From positions 3,840,001 through 3,904,000 of the forward strand of contig OZ253462.1 in NCBI GenBank assembly GCA_965261395.1: a stretch of 64,000 nt of DNA, given 5' to 3'. Positions within the stretch are counted from its first letter, which is position 1. Each line of letters begins with the position of its first letter. Shown one piece after another: positions 1 through 9,410 of the stretch. Origin of the DNA: Candidatus Latescibacterota bacterium. Its GTDB lineage: Bacteria; Latescibacterota; UBA2968; UBA8231. The notes beneath the pieces were generated by a model, which worked only from the letters and a program-made list of their open reading frames with translations, was not told the origin of the DNA and searched no databases. Position numbers and translations under genes: made by a program.

Positions 1-2
1 CT

Positions 3-533
3 GGGGCCGCTGCGCTGACCTGTGCGCTACAGGTGGAGTTCGCAGTGATCGCCGACGCCTTGGAGAAGTTTGGCGGGGCCGACCGGCGCTTTCAGCACAA
101 GGGGGAATTCGCTGGCGTGCTGGTCGTAGACGACTACGCCCATCACCCGGCCGAACTGGCTGCGGCCTTGGCCGCAGCGCGGCAGAGTGGTCGCCGAGTC
201 ATCGCCGTTTTCCAGCCCCACCTGTACTCGCGCACCCGCGAATTGGCTGCGGCCTTTGCCCGCGAGCTAGCCGCGGCCGACTACGTGGTGCTGGCCGCGG
301 TCTTTGCCGCACGGGAGGCCCCCATGCCCGGCGTGGACTCTGAACTGATCGCAGGGGCCTTGCGCGCCAGCGGGTATAAAACCGTGGAATACCTGCCGGA
401 TAGGGAGCAGCTCGTCGCCCACTTGGTGGATATATGTCGCCGCGGCGACTTGGTGCTGGTCATGGGGGCCGGTGACATCGGCGAGGCGGCTGCGGAACTG
501 ACCGCGGCCTTGGCAACCGGAGAGCGCTCGTGA
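3..533 (+). CDS. murC: UDP-N-acetylmuramate--L-alanine ligase, C-terminal part (5' end outside window)
   Basis: Motifs GADRRF, VDDYAHHP, VFQPHLYSRT, MGAGDI; lies upstream of ftsQAZ. Confidence 0.95.
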   Translation, partial: GAAALTCALQVEFAVIADALEKFGGADRRFQHKGEFAGVLVVDDYAHHPAELAAALAAARQSGRRVIAVFQPHLYSRTRELAAAFARELAAADYVVLAAVFAAREAPMPGVDSELIAGALRASGYKTVEYLPDREQLVAHLVDICRRGDLVLVMGAGDIGEAAAELTAALATGERS

Positions 534-1357
534 ACCACAAGAAAACCAAGGCGCACAAAAAGTCGCTAACCGCGGCGGATCGAGACCAGAAGAAGGTCCG
601 CTGGCCTCGGATTGCGCTCTTGATCTTGGCCACGGGTAGCACTTTGGCGGCCTATCAGGTAGCTACCTACTTCGGCCAAGCCTCCTTTTTTGGTCTCAAG
701 GCCATTGAGGTGGATGGGTTACAGCGGCTCGACGGAGCGGCCGTGCATGCCGCTAGCGGCCTCACGGCCGGTACCAACATTTTCGCCATCGACTTGGATG
801 AGATTGCGCAGCGACTGGAGGCCATGCATTGGATCAAGCAGGCCCTCGTGGTGCGCAAGCCGCCTGACCGGATTGCCGTCGATATCGTCGAGCACCGACA
901 AGTAGCTTGGGTCGATTTAGGTCAGACCTATGGGGTCACGCCCGATGGCGTCCTACTCTCCGTAGGCAGCACGGGCGACCGGCCGGTCGCCCCTCCACGC
1001 AATTTGCCCGTCATATCTGGGCTGTCTATCGGCGGTGACTCGCTGCGGCCGGGCATGGCGGTGCCGGATTCCACGCTGCTGGCCATACTGCGCTGGTGGA
1101 AGGAGGCCACGGCTGCAGATGCTGAATTTTGCCTCAATGTGGCCGGCATCCAGCCGATGTCCGGGCCGGATATTCGCTTGCAGATGGCGGGCGACGGACT
1201 CGAGGTGCGCTTGCCTGCAAACGAGGCCGACCGCCGGCTCCGTACCATTCGCGAATTGATGCCGCGAGTCCACCAGAACCATCCCGATCCGGCCTATATC
1301 GACTTGCGCTATGCCGGCCAGATGGTAGTCGGCAAAAAGAAAGCAAAATCGGGATGA
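530..1357 (+). CDS. ftsQ: Cell division protein FtsQ/DivIB
   Basis: Basic N-terminus, single TM, POTRA-like region, C-terminal YIDLRY; lies between murC and ftsA. Confidence 0.9.
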   Translation: MNHKKTKAHKKSLTAADRDQKKVRWPRIALLILATGSTLAAYQVATYFGQASFFGLKAIEVDGLQRLDGAAVHAASGLTAGTNIFAIDLDEIAQRLEAMHWIKQALVVRKPPDRIAVDIVEHRQVAWVDLGQTYGVTPDGVLLSVGSTGDRPVAPPRNLPVISGLSIGGDSLRPGMAVPDSTLLAILRWWKEATAADAEFCLNVAGIQPMSGPDIRLQMAGDGLEVRLPANEADRRLRTIRELMPRVHQNHPDPAYIDLRYAGQMVVGKKKAKSG

Positions 1358-2526
1358 ACTGGAGTGAGGAGCGGAGCACCATTGTCGCCGGGCTAGACTT
1401 GGGTACGACCAAGGTCTGCGCCGTCATTGCCGAGCAGATCGCCGAGCGGCGGCTGCGGATTATCGGCATGGGCCAGTGCCTCTCAGAGGGGATACAGCGC
1501 GGGGCGATCGTGGATGCAGAGAAGACCGTGCGCGCCATTGGCGAGGCCATGCGCCAAGCCGAGCTGATGGCTGGGGTCGAAATCGACTCGGTGTACGCCG
1601 GCATTTCCGGCGAATACATCGCCAGCCTCAATAGCACGGGCATGGTGGCCGTCGGCGGCGAAGGCGGATGGATCGGAACACAGGACCGCGCCCGAGTCCT
1701 CGCTGCGGCCGGCGTGGTCAAAGTGCCGTTCGACCGCGAGGTGCTGCACGTTTTGCCCCAAGAATTTGCCGTCAATGGCCAGCGGGGCATTCTCGATCCC
1801 GTGGGTATGTATGGCGTGCGATTAGAGGCGAGTGTGCACGTAGTCACCAGTTCGGTTGCCGCGGTGCGGAACATCTGCCACAGCATCCTCCGCGCTGGCG
1901 TCGATGTGCTCAGTGTCGTTCTCGGCCCGCTTGCTTCGAGCTACGCCGCCCTCAGCGAGGACGAGCAGCAGATGGGGGTTTGCCTGCTCGACATCGGCGG
2001 TGGCACGACTGATGTGGCGGTCTTCATCGGCAACGGGTTGCGCCACTCGGGCATCATCGGGTTGGGCGGGCAGAATGTGACCAACGACATCGGCGTTGGG
2101 CTGCGCACCACGCGGGCCGAGGCCGAGCGGATCAAGTGCGCGGGTGCGTCTAGCGAGACTGTAGCCCACATCGTCGAGGCGCGGATGGAGGAGATATTGG
2201 CCCTAGCCCGCAAGAATGTCTATACCGCGTTGCCCAATGTCGCGCTAGGCGCGGGCATCGTCCTCACGGGTGGGGCAGCGCAAATCACCGGAGCCGTGGC
2301 CTTGGCCGAGCGGGTCTTTGGCATGCCCGTGCGTCTGGGCGTTCCGGTCGGGTTTGAGGGAGCCGCAGAGCTGGCCAGCCCGCCGTATGCTACGGCGCTG
2401 GGCCTGCTTCTCTACGGAGCGGAGCAACAGCAGAAGAAAAATCGAAAAGAAGCGCAGGTGCTGGTCGAAGACTCCTTTGATTCAGTATTCGGGCGCGTAA
2501 AAAAGTGGTTACAACCACGGGACTAG
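1354..2526 (+). CDS. ftsA: Cell division protein FtsA
   Basis: GLDLGTTKV, DIGGGTTD, LTGGAA and C-terminal amphipathic helix; ATG at 1354 overlaps the ftsQ stop (ATGA). Confidence 0.95.
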   Translation: MNWSEERSTIVAGLDLGTTKVCAVIAEQIAERRLRIIGMGQCLSEGIQRGAIVDAEKTVRAIGEAMRQAELMAGVEIDSVYAGISGEYIASLNSTGMVAVGGEGGWIGTQDRARVLAAAGVVKVPFDREVLHVLPQEFAVNGQRGILDPVGMYGVRLEASVHVVTSSVAAVRNICHSILRAGVDVLSVVLGPLASSYAALSEDEQQMGVCLLDIGGGTTDVAVFIGNGLRHSGIIGLGGQNVTNDIGVGLRTTRAEAERIKCAGASSETVAHIVEARMEEILALARKNVYTALPNVALGAGIVLTGGAAQITGAVALAERVFGMPVRLGVPVGFEGAAELASPPYATALGLLLYGAEQQQKKNRKEAQVLVEDSFDSVFGRVKKWLQPRD

Positions 2527-2563
2527 CGGCGGTGCTAGCCCCGAAAATCAAGGAGGAATACCC

Positions 2564-3760
2564 ATGGCAATTAGGTTGATCGACAATGAGCATCGGGCAC
2601 GAATCAAGGTCGTCGGTGTCGGTGGCAGCGGCGGCAATGCCATCAACCGCATGATCGAGTCCGGGATGCACGGCGTTGAATTCGTCGCTGTCAACACGGA
2701 TGCGCAGGCGCTGGAGGCCTCGCGAGCTGACTTCCCCATTTGCATTGGCAGCAGCGTTACGCGGGGCTTGGGTGCTGGTGCCGACCCAGAAGTGGGCCGG
2801 CAAGCTGTCGAGGAAGACCGCGACAAGGTTTCCAAGCAGCTACAGGACTCGGATCTGATCTTCATCACGGCTGGCATGGGCGGTGGCACGGGCACAGGGG
2901 CCGCGCCTGTAGTTGCGGAAATCGCCCGCGATCAAGGGGCCCTGACGGTCGGCATCGTAACCGAGCCTTTTCTAATGGAAGGCTCCCCGAGGATGAAAAA
3001 CGCCAAAAGCGGGATTGCCGAGCTAAGGGACCAAGTTGACACCCTGATCACCATCAAGAACCAGCGCCTGCTGACTGTCTGCCCCCGCGACACCACCCTC
3101 GAGGATGCGTTTCTCAAGGCCGACGAAGTACTGATGCAGGCCACGCGCGGCATTTCCGACCTGATTACGATCCCGGGCATGGTCAATCTCGACTTCAACG
3201 ACGTGCGCACGGTGATTTCCAAGGGTGGGGACGCGATTATGGGCCTCGGGGAGCACAGCGGCGAAGAGCGGGCCGTGGAGGCCGCTCGCAAGGCGATCAA
3301 CAGCCCGCTTTTAGAGGACGTGTCGATCACCGGTGCCAAGGGTGTGTTGATCAATATCGCCGGCGACTCCAATCTCACGCTCTACGAGGTCAACGAGGTC
3401 ATGTCGATGATCAACGAAGCCACCGGTTCGGATGCCGAGATCATCTTCGGCACCGTAATCGACTCGAGCTTGACCGAGATCATCCGCGTGACGGTCATAG
3501 CCACGGGCTTCAGCCTGAATAAGGGCGACGAAGCCGAGACGCCAGCCCGCGAACAAGAGGAGTCGGTGCAGGACGTGGATGCGGATCCACTGACCATCGG
3601 CAGCCCGATCCTCGTCGGCAATGGGGGCACCTCCTTGGACGTGCCCACGTATCTGCGCAACGGTCACAGCACGCCTCAGGAGCAGCAGCAGCCCGTGCGC
3701 CCGGCAGTTGGCGACTTGGACATTCCCACCTTCCTGCGCCGCAAAATGAACGCTTCTTAG
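2564..3760 (+). CDS. ftsZ: Cell division protein FtsZ
   Basis: GGGTGTG signature, NLDFND T7 loop, LDIPTFLR tail; RBS AGGAGG. Confidence 0.98.
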   Translation: MAIRLIDNEHRARIKVVGVGGSGGNAINRMIESGMHGVEFVAVNTDAQALEASRADFPICIGSSVTRGLGAGADPEVGRQAVEEDRDKVSKQLQDSDLIFITAGMGGGTGTGAAPVVAEIARDQGALTVGIVTEPFLMEGSPRMKNAKSGIAELRDQVDTLITIKNQRLLTVCPRDTTLEDAFLKADEVLMQATRGISDLITIPGMVNLDFNDVRTVISKGGDAIMGLGEHSGEERAVEAARKAINSPLLEDVSITGAKGVLINIAGDSNLTLYEVNEVMSMINEATGSDAEIIFGTVIDSSLTEIIRVTVIATGFSLNKGDEAETPAREQEESVQDVDADPLTIGSPILVGNGGTSLDVPTYLRNGHSTPQEQQQPVRPAVGDLDIPTFLRRKMNAS

Positions 3761-3848
3761 GGCGGTTGTCGCGCGCGGGCGATTTGGCTTATCTTAACGC
3801 TTGATCGTTACTGTGTGCGATAGAATTTGCAGGGAGAACGTTTTTTAC

Positions 3849-4304
3849 ATGGCAGATATTCGCGTTGGCGTAATCATGGGCAGCACCTCGGATGAGGACA
3901 CCATGCGCAAGGGGGCGGCGGTGCTCGAAGAGCTAGGCCTTAGCTACGAGATGGTCGTATCTTCGGCCCACCGCAACCCCGAGCGCACCGCTGTTTGGGC
4001 CAGCGAGGCGGCTGGTCGCGGTCTCAAGGTGATCATCGCCGGTGCTGGCTTAGCTGCGGCCCTGCCCGGAGTGGTGGCGGCGCATACAACGCTGCCGGTC
4101 ATCGGCGTTCCCATTGCCTCGGGTGCGCTCCGTGGAGTCGATTCTCTCTACTCCATCGTGCAGATGCCTCCGGGGATCCCGGTGGCGACCGTTGGCATTG
4201 ACAATGCCCGCAATGCGGCCATGCTGGCAGCCCAAATCATCGCCTTGTCCGACGAGGCGGTCGCCCAGGCCATTGAAACCTATCGCGCACAGTGGAACCC
4301 CTAA
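3849..4304 (+). CDS. purE: N5-carboxyaminoimidazole ribonucleotide mutase
   Basis: [30 protein letters not shown] motifs. Confidence 0.97.
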   Translation: MADIRVGVIMGSTSDEDTMRKGAAVLEELGLSYEMVVSSAHRNPERTAVWASEAAGRGLKVIIAGAGLAAALPGVVAAHTTLPVIGVPIASGALRGVDSLYSIVQMPPGIPVATVGIDNARNAAMLAAQIIALSDEAVAQAIETYRAQWNP

Positions 4305-4311
4305 GACCACA

Positions 4312-4339
4312 GTAGGGGCGACCAGCCGGTCGCCCCTAC
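4312..4339. repeat. GTAG-type REP-like palindrome
   Basis: GTAGGGGCGACC-AGCC-GGTCGCCCCTAC: perfect 12-bp stem in the purE-kptA intergenic gap. Confidence 0.75.
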
Positions 4340-4368
4340 ATCATAATGTTGAAAGGACGCGATGAGCA

Positions 4369-4992
4369 GTGGCCAATACAAGTCGCATTTCCAAATTGCT
4401 TTCGCTGATGCTCAGGCATCGGCCCGACGAATTTGGACTGGAGATTGATGCCTACGGCTACGCGCCGTTGGATCAGGTAGTGCAAGGAGTACAGGAACGC
4501 TACTCAGAGGTACCCGAAGCCGAGATCCTCAACCTAGTCAAGGATCCAGAGCAGTATCGCTTTGAACTGAATGAGTTTGGCATCCGCGCGCTGTACGGGC
4601 ACAGTTTTTTCGTCGATATGGACGGCGAGCCTATGGACCCGCCACCCGATCGGCTCTACATGGGCACGACCCGCAGCGAGGCCCAGCGCTTTGCCCGCGA
4701 GGGTATTTCCCCGGGCGATCGCTACTACGTGCATCTGTCGCTGACGCGCGAGGCGGCCGAATCGCACAGCCACCAACGCGACACCCCCTGCGTGGTGGAG
4801 ATTCTCGCGGCCAAGGCCCACGACGAGGGCTGTCGCTTTTTTGCCCGCGGCGCGGTCGTGCTAACCGAAGAAATCCCAGCTAGTTGCATCGGCTCAACCC
4901 ACGGCAGCCAGCAAAAAGCCCTCGATGTCGCCGAGATGCCGGCGGCTGGCGGGACAAGCTACGGCCGCAAGCCCCGGTTTTCGGCCCGTTGA
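4369..4992 (+). CDS. kptA: RNA 2'-phosphotransferase (Tpt1/KptA family)
   Basis: SKLLSLMLRH, RF, IRALYGHS, LYxGT and RxxVHLS motifs. Confidence 0.88.
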   Translation: MANTSRISKLLSLMLRHRPDEFGLEIDAYGYAPLDQVVQGVQERYSEVPEAEILNLVKDPEQYRFELNEFGIRALYGHSFFVDMDGEPMDPPPDRLYMGTTRSEAQRFAREGISPGDRYYVHLSLTREAAESHSHQRDTPCVVEILAAKAHDEGCRFFARGAVVLTEEIPASCIGSTHGSQQKALDVAEMPAAGGTSYGRKPRFSAR

Positions 4993-5002
4993 GAGGGATG
5001 CC

Positions 5003-5341
5003 GTGAAAAACATCGTGGCCTTTATCAAGCCCTTCAAGCTCGACGAGGTCAAAAGCTCCTTGGCCGCGATGGGCATCGTCGGGATGTCCGTCAGCGAAGT
5101 GCGCGGCTGCGGTCGCCAGCGCGGCCACAGCGAAATCTACCGCGGTGCCGAGTACCAGCTCGATTTCATGCCCAAAATTCGCATTGAATTGGCCGTCGGC
5201 GATGGCCTACTCGACGAAGCGGTGGAGGCGATTTTGCAGTCGGCTGCCACCGGCGAGGTCGGAGACGGCAAAATCTTTGTCTCCGACCTAGTCGAGGCCA
5301 TCCGCATCCGCACCGGCGAAACCGGCGAAAACGCCCTCTGA
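5003..5341 (+). CDS. glnB: Nitrogen regulatory protein P-II
   Basis: IKPFKLDEV, GRQRG, YRGAEY T-loop, GDGKIF, RIRTGE; GTG start at 5003. Confidence 0.95.
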   Translation: MKNIVAFIKPFKLDEVKSSLAAMGIVGMSVSEVRGCGRQRGHSEIYRGAEYQLDFMPKIRIELAVGDGLLDEAVEAILQSAATGEVGDGKIFVSDLVEAIRIRTGETGENAL

Positions 5342-5352
5342 AGTTCCCGGCA

Positions 5353-8300
5353 GTGCCCACTGCATTGGAACTGGCCCGTCGCGCCCTCACCGCCGACGCG
5401 GCCAAAGCCCTTAATCCACTAGAGCAATTGGGTTTTGCCGATCCGGTCCAGGCCCTAGAGACCTTGGACCGGATCGGTACCCCCCCGCAATCCGCGCCGC
5501 TGCCAGCCCTCGCCTTGGCCGAGCTAGCCGCGACGGGCCGGCCGGACGAGGGGTTGCGGCAGTTGGTGCGCTTGGCCATGGCGTACGGCAGCCCGCAGAG
5601 TCTTTTCTCTCACTTGGAGGCCGATTCCATTCTGTGCCAGCGCTTGGTGCAGATCGTGAGCCACAGCACCTTTCTCGCCGACATCTTGGTGCGCAATGCC
5701 GAATTTCTGCTGTGGCTGTTGGCCGAGACCCCGCACTTAGTCGAGCCGCTGGAGCGGAATGTCCTGCGGCAGATTTTGCGCACCGATATCGATCATGTCT
5801 CCGAGTCCGAGGAGGGTTTGGAGATATTGCGGCGGGTGCACCGGCGCGAAATTTTGCGCATTGGTGCCGCTGAGATCCTCGGCACCAAACCGGTTGCGGA
5901 AATTGGGAGAGAACTGGCCGACTTAGCCGACGTGGTGGTCGAGTTGGCCCTCGAAATATGCGAGCACGCCTTGTGGCAGGAACATGGCCACCCGCTGGAC
6001 GAGCGCGGCCGTCCAGCGCGCTTTCTCGTCGTCGGCTTGGGCAAATACGGCGGGCAGGAGTTAAACTACAGCTCGGATATCGACCTAATTTTCGCGTGGG
6101 ATGGCGAGGGCGAAACCCAGCCTGAGGGGGAGGGGACGCCGCTGGAGAACAGCGAGTTTTTCCGCCGCTTGGGCCAGCGCCTAGTCCAAGTGCTGACCGA
6201 GGCGACCAAGGAGGGGTTTTTCTACCGAGTCGATATGCGGTTGCGCCCCGAGGGCACGAGCGGCACTTTGACGCACTCGTTGCGCGCCAGTTGGACTTAT
6301 TACGAGACGCGCGGGGAACTGTGGGAGCGGCAGATGCTCATCAAGGCCCGGCGCGTGGCGGGCTCACAGACATTGGGGGAGCAATACGCGGCCATGCTCC
6401 GTCCCTTTATCTACCCGGCCCACTTCCACTCGGCACCGCACGAGGAAATCCGCCGCATCAAGGAGCGGATTGAGGCGAGCATCCGCGAGCGTCCCCGCGG
6501 CGAAAACAACATCAAGCTGCAAGCGGGCGGGATCCGCGACATCGAATTCATCGTCCAGTGCCTACAGCTACTCTACGGGGGCATCCGTCCCCAAGCGCGC
6601 ATCCACAACACGCTAGCCGCCATCGACCGCTTGGCCGAGGTGTCGGCATTGACTAGGGCCGAAGCTAGCGCGCTAAAGGGCGCGTACGAGTTTTTCCGCC
6701 GCGTTGAAAACCTGTTGCAAATCGCCTCTGGCCGGCCCGACTACGCCATCCCAGAAGATGCGCGCGCCGCGCGGGCCTTGGCCCTGATCATGGGCTATGG
6801 AGATGTGCGGCCCTTTGCCAGCGTGCTGGCCGGACACCGGCTGCGGGTGCGCCGCCTGTTTGCCTCGCTGTTTTACAGCGACGCGGCGGTCCCGCGCGCA
6901 CCGACGTGGCTCTTGGAAGTCGAAAACGGCAGCGAGGCGGCAAAAGCCGACCTGGAGGATCGGGGCTTTGTCGATGGGGCGGCTGCGCACCGTCGCTTGC
7001 AGCGGCTGGCGGCCATGGGCCTATTGTTGAGCGGGAGCGGTGCATACTTTGAGGCCCTGTTGCCGGAATTGCTGAATTCGCTGGCCGCGGCCCCCGACCC
7101 AGACCAAGGGCTTTTGCGCTTCACCCAGCTAGTCGAGGCGTATGGTGCGCCGGGCGCTTTGTACTTCTTGTTGCAAGAGCACACAGGCTTCCGCACCTTG
7201 CTCATTTCCATTTGTGGCTCGAGCCGCTTTCTCGCCGATCTTTTGCGCCGCGACCCGGCTCTGCTCGACAGCTTAGTTAGCCAAGCCGGTCAGGGCTTGG
7301 AGCCTAGGTTGGCGCGCGGCGATTTGAGCGCCATCGCGCGAATGCAGAATCAATCCCTCCTGCGGATTGGGGCCGACGACCTGATGGGGTTGGCGACTGA
7401 GGAGGAGACCTTCCTGCGGCTGACGGAGTTGGGTGAAGACGTGTTGCAAGCGGTCTATCGGCTGGCTTGGCGTCCGTTGGTGCGGCGGTGGGGCAAGCCG
7501 CGCAACCGGCAGGGCCGCGACGTGCAGTTCGCCGTATTGGCCGCTGGCAAGTTTGGGGGCCGCGAGGTGGATTTCGGCTCGGATTTGGATTTGTTTTTCG
7601 TGTACGAAAGCGACGGCAAGACGCGCCGAGGCGTGCCTAATAGTGTATTTTTCATTGAGTTCAGCCAGCATCTGATCGCCCTGTTAGCCGAGGAGGGGCT
7701 GTACTCGGTGGATGCGCGGCTGCGGCCCGAAGGGGCCAGCTCCCCCATGGCCATCTCGCTGGTCGGCTACCGCCGCTACTTGGCGCAGCGGGCGGCCACT
7801 TGGGAGCGGATGGCGCTGAGTCGCGCTCGGCAAGTGGCCGGCGATGCCGAGTTCGGTGCGCGGGTCTTGCGAGCGATTGAGCGCTTCGTTTACAGCCGGG
7901 AAGTGGACGCGGCCCTAGTCGAGCAGATGCAGGAGATGCGCCAGCGGATGGAGCCGCAGGGCAAACGCCAAGCGCGCATCAACATCAAGCGCGGTCCGGG
8001 CGGCATCGTCGATATCGAGTTTGTGGCGCAGGTCCTCGTGCTCAAGTGGGGCTATCGGGACCACAGCTTGCGCGTGGGCAGCACGAGACACGCGCTGCAG
8101 TTGCTCGTCGAGCAGGGTTGTTTAGACCCGGAGCGGGGCCACTTTCTCCTCGATGCGTACGAGTATCTGCGGGCCGTGGAAAAGGGCATGCGGCTCGCCA
8201 GCGAAAGGGCCAGTGACGCCCTGCCGACCGGGCGGGAGTTGGAGATATTGAGCCGCGCCCTCGGCACCGAAGACGTAGCGGCCTTCCAAAACGAGGTGGA

Positions 8301-8361
8301 GGCGCGCATGCAGCAGACGCGGCGCGTATTCTCGGCCGTATTCGCCGAATTAACCAATTGA
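5353..8361 (+). CDS. glnE: Bifunctional glutamine synthetase adenylyltransferase/adenylyl-removing enzyme
   Basis: Two nucleotidyltransferase domains (GKYGGQELNYSSDIDL..DMRLRP and GKFGGREVDFGSDLDL..DARLRP). Confidence 0.95.
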   Translation: MPTALELARRALTADAAKALNPLEQLGFADPVQALETLDRIGTPPQSAPLPALALAELAATGRPDEGLRQLVRLAMAYGSPQSLFSHLEADSILCQRLVQIVSHSTFLADILVRNAEFLLWLLAETPHLVEPLERNVLRQILRTDIDHVSESEEGLEILRRVHRREILRIGAAEILGTKPVAEIGRELADLADVVVELALEICEHALWQEHGHPLDERGRPARFLVVGLGKYGGQELNYSSDIDLIFAWDGEGETQPEGEGTPLENSEFFRRLGQRLVQVLTEATKEGFFYRVDMRLRPEGTSGTLTHSLRASWTYYETRGELWERQMLIKARRVAGSQTLGEQYAAMLRPFIYPAHFHSAPHEEIRRIKERIEASIRERPRGENNIKLQAGGIRDIEFIVQCLQLLYGGIRPQARIHNTLAAIDRLAEVSALTRAEASALKGAYEFFRRVENLLQIASGRPDYAIPEDARAARALALIMGYGDVRPFASVLAGHRLRVRRLFASLFYSDAAVPRAPTWLLEVENGSEAAKADLEDRGFVDGAAAHRRLQRLAAMGLLLSGSGAYFEALLPELLNSLAAAPDPDQGLLRFTQLVEAYGAPGALYFLLQEHTGFRTLLISICGSSRFLADLLRRDPALLDSLVSQAGQGLEPRLARGDLSAIARMQNQSLLRIGADDLMGLATEEETFLRLTELGEDVLQAVYRLAWRPLVRRWGKPRNRQGRDVQFAVLAAGKFGGREVDFGSDLDLFFVYESDGKTRRGVPNSVFFIEFSQHLIALLAEEGLYSVDARLRPEGASSPMAISLVGYRRYLAQRAATWERMALSRARQVAGDAEFGARVLRAIERFVYSREVDAALVEQMQEMRQRMEPQGKRQARINIKRGPGGIVDIEFVAQVLVLKWGYRDHSLRVGSTRHALQLLVEQGCLDPERGHFLLDAYEYLRAVEKGMRLASERASDALPTGRELEILSRALGTEDVAAFQNEVEARMQQTRRVFSAVFAELTN

Positions 8362-8374
8362 GGAGCGCTTATTT

Positions 8375-9361
8375 ATGGATGGTATAAGCAAGGCCGCGCG
8401 AGTCGGTCAGATGGTTATCGGAGTCGTGTATATCGTCGCCGGAGCGCTTAAGACATGGGAGCCGGTACTTTTTTATTGGGAGGCCATTCCCTATGCGCAG
8501 ATGCTCGGGATCGTGGAATGGGAGTCCGCATCGGCAGCCGCCAAGGCGGCCATCGCATTGGGGCCGATTGAATTCGTCCTCGGCTGGGCGCTGCTGCTCA
8601 ACTGGCAGCCGCGGCTGTGCTTGCCGGTAGCGACGATGTTGATGGCCGCGTTTACCGCGCTGACGGCCAAGGCTTGGCACATGGGTGCCTCGATAGACTG
8701 CGGCTGCTTTGGTGCCCTCGTCGAGCGCGGGCCGAAGGAAGCGACAATAGAAGATTGCGCTATGCTGGTGGTGCTGCTATTTGCTTGGTGGGGAATGCGC
8801 CGCAGTGCAAAAGCCGCGTCCGCGGCTGGTGGGTCCAATTGGTGGGGAGCGGGTGGTGCGCCCGTCTGGCCGCTGGCGAGTCGGATGGTATTAAGCGCGC
8901 TCGTCGTCGGGCTAGCGGTGGGTGGCGTGCGGTTTTTTCCCGAGCTAGAGCGAATCCAGCAGTCGGACCTCAAAAGCGGGGTACGGCTCTCTGGTTTGGC
9001 GCTTGAAGGTGTGGATGTCGATTTGATGCAGGGGGAGTACCTGCTCGAATTGTTCAGCCCCACTTGCAGCCACTGCCAAAACGCAGTGCCCAAGATGAAT
9101 GCCTTGGCCCAAGACCCACAGTTGCCGCGGCTCATCGCCCTGACCAAGCATGCCCTCGACTCAGCGGATATGGCCGATTTCAAGAAGCGGCTGCAACCGC
9201 GCTTTGACATTGCCACCATATCGCAGACTGACTTCTTTCGCCTGACCTTTGGCCACGGCTATCCGCGCTTGGCCTATATCGCCGACGGGGTGGTGCAGCA
9301 GGTGTGGGAGAGCAACTACATGCCGACGCAAGAGCGGCTGCGAAAAATTACGGGTTCTTAA
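8375..9361 (+). CDS. MauE/DoxX-family membrane redox protein fused to a thioredoxin-like domain
   Basis: TM helices with CGCFG motif; C-terminal FSPTCSHC (CxxC) and GYP cis-Pro-like motif. Confidence 0.8.
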   Translation: MDGISKAARVGQMVIGVVYIVAGALKTWEPVLFYWEAIPYAQMLGIVEWESASAAAKAAIALGPIEFVLGWALLLNWQPRLCLPVATMLMAAFTALTAKAWHMGASIDCGCFGALVERGPKEATIEDCAMLVVLLFAWWGMRRSAKAASAAGGSNWWGAGGAPVWPLASRMVLSALVVGLAVGGVRFFPELERIQQSDLKSGVRLSGLALEGVDVDLMQGEYLLELFSPTCSHCQNAVPKMNALAQDPQLPRLIALTKHALDSADMADFKKRLQPRFDIATISQTDFFRLTFGHGYPRLAYIADGVVQQVWESNYMPTQERLRKITGS

Positions 9362-9410
9362 ACGTAGATTATCATTTACCTACTTATGAATGACTTAGGA
9401 TGGCTATAGT

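Noticed and set aside
1129-1353. N-terminal extension of FtsA in the ORF track
   Set aside because: It overlaps ftsQ; the ATG at 1354 gives a normal N-terminus with ATGA coupling
3801-3826. TTGATC..TAGAAT as the purE promoter
   Set aside because: The spacer is only 14 bp, so the pairing is not supported
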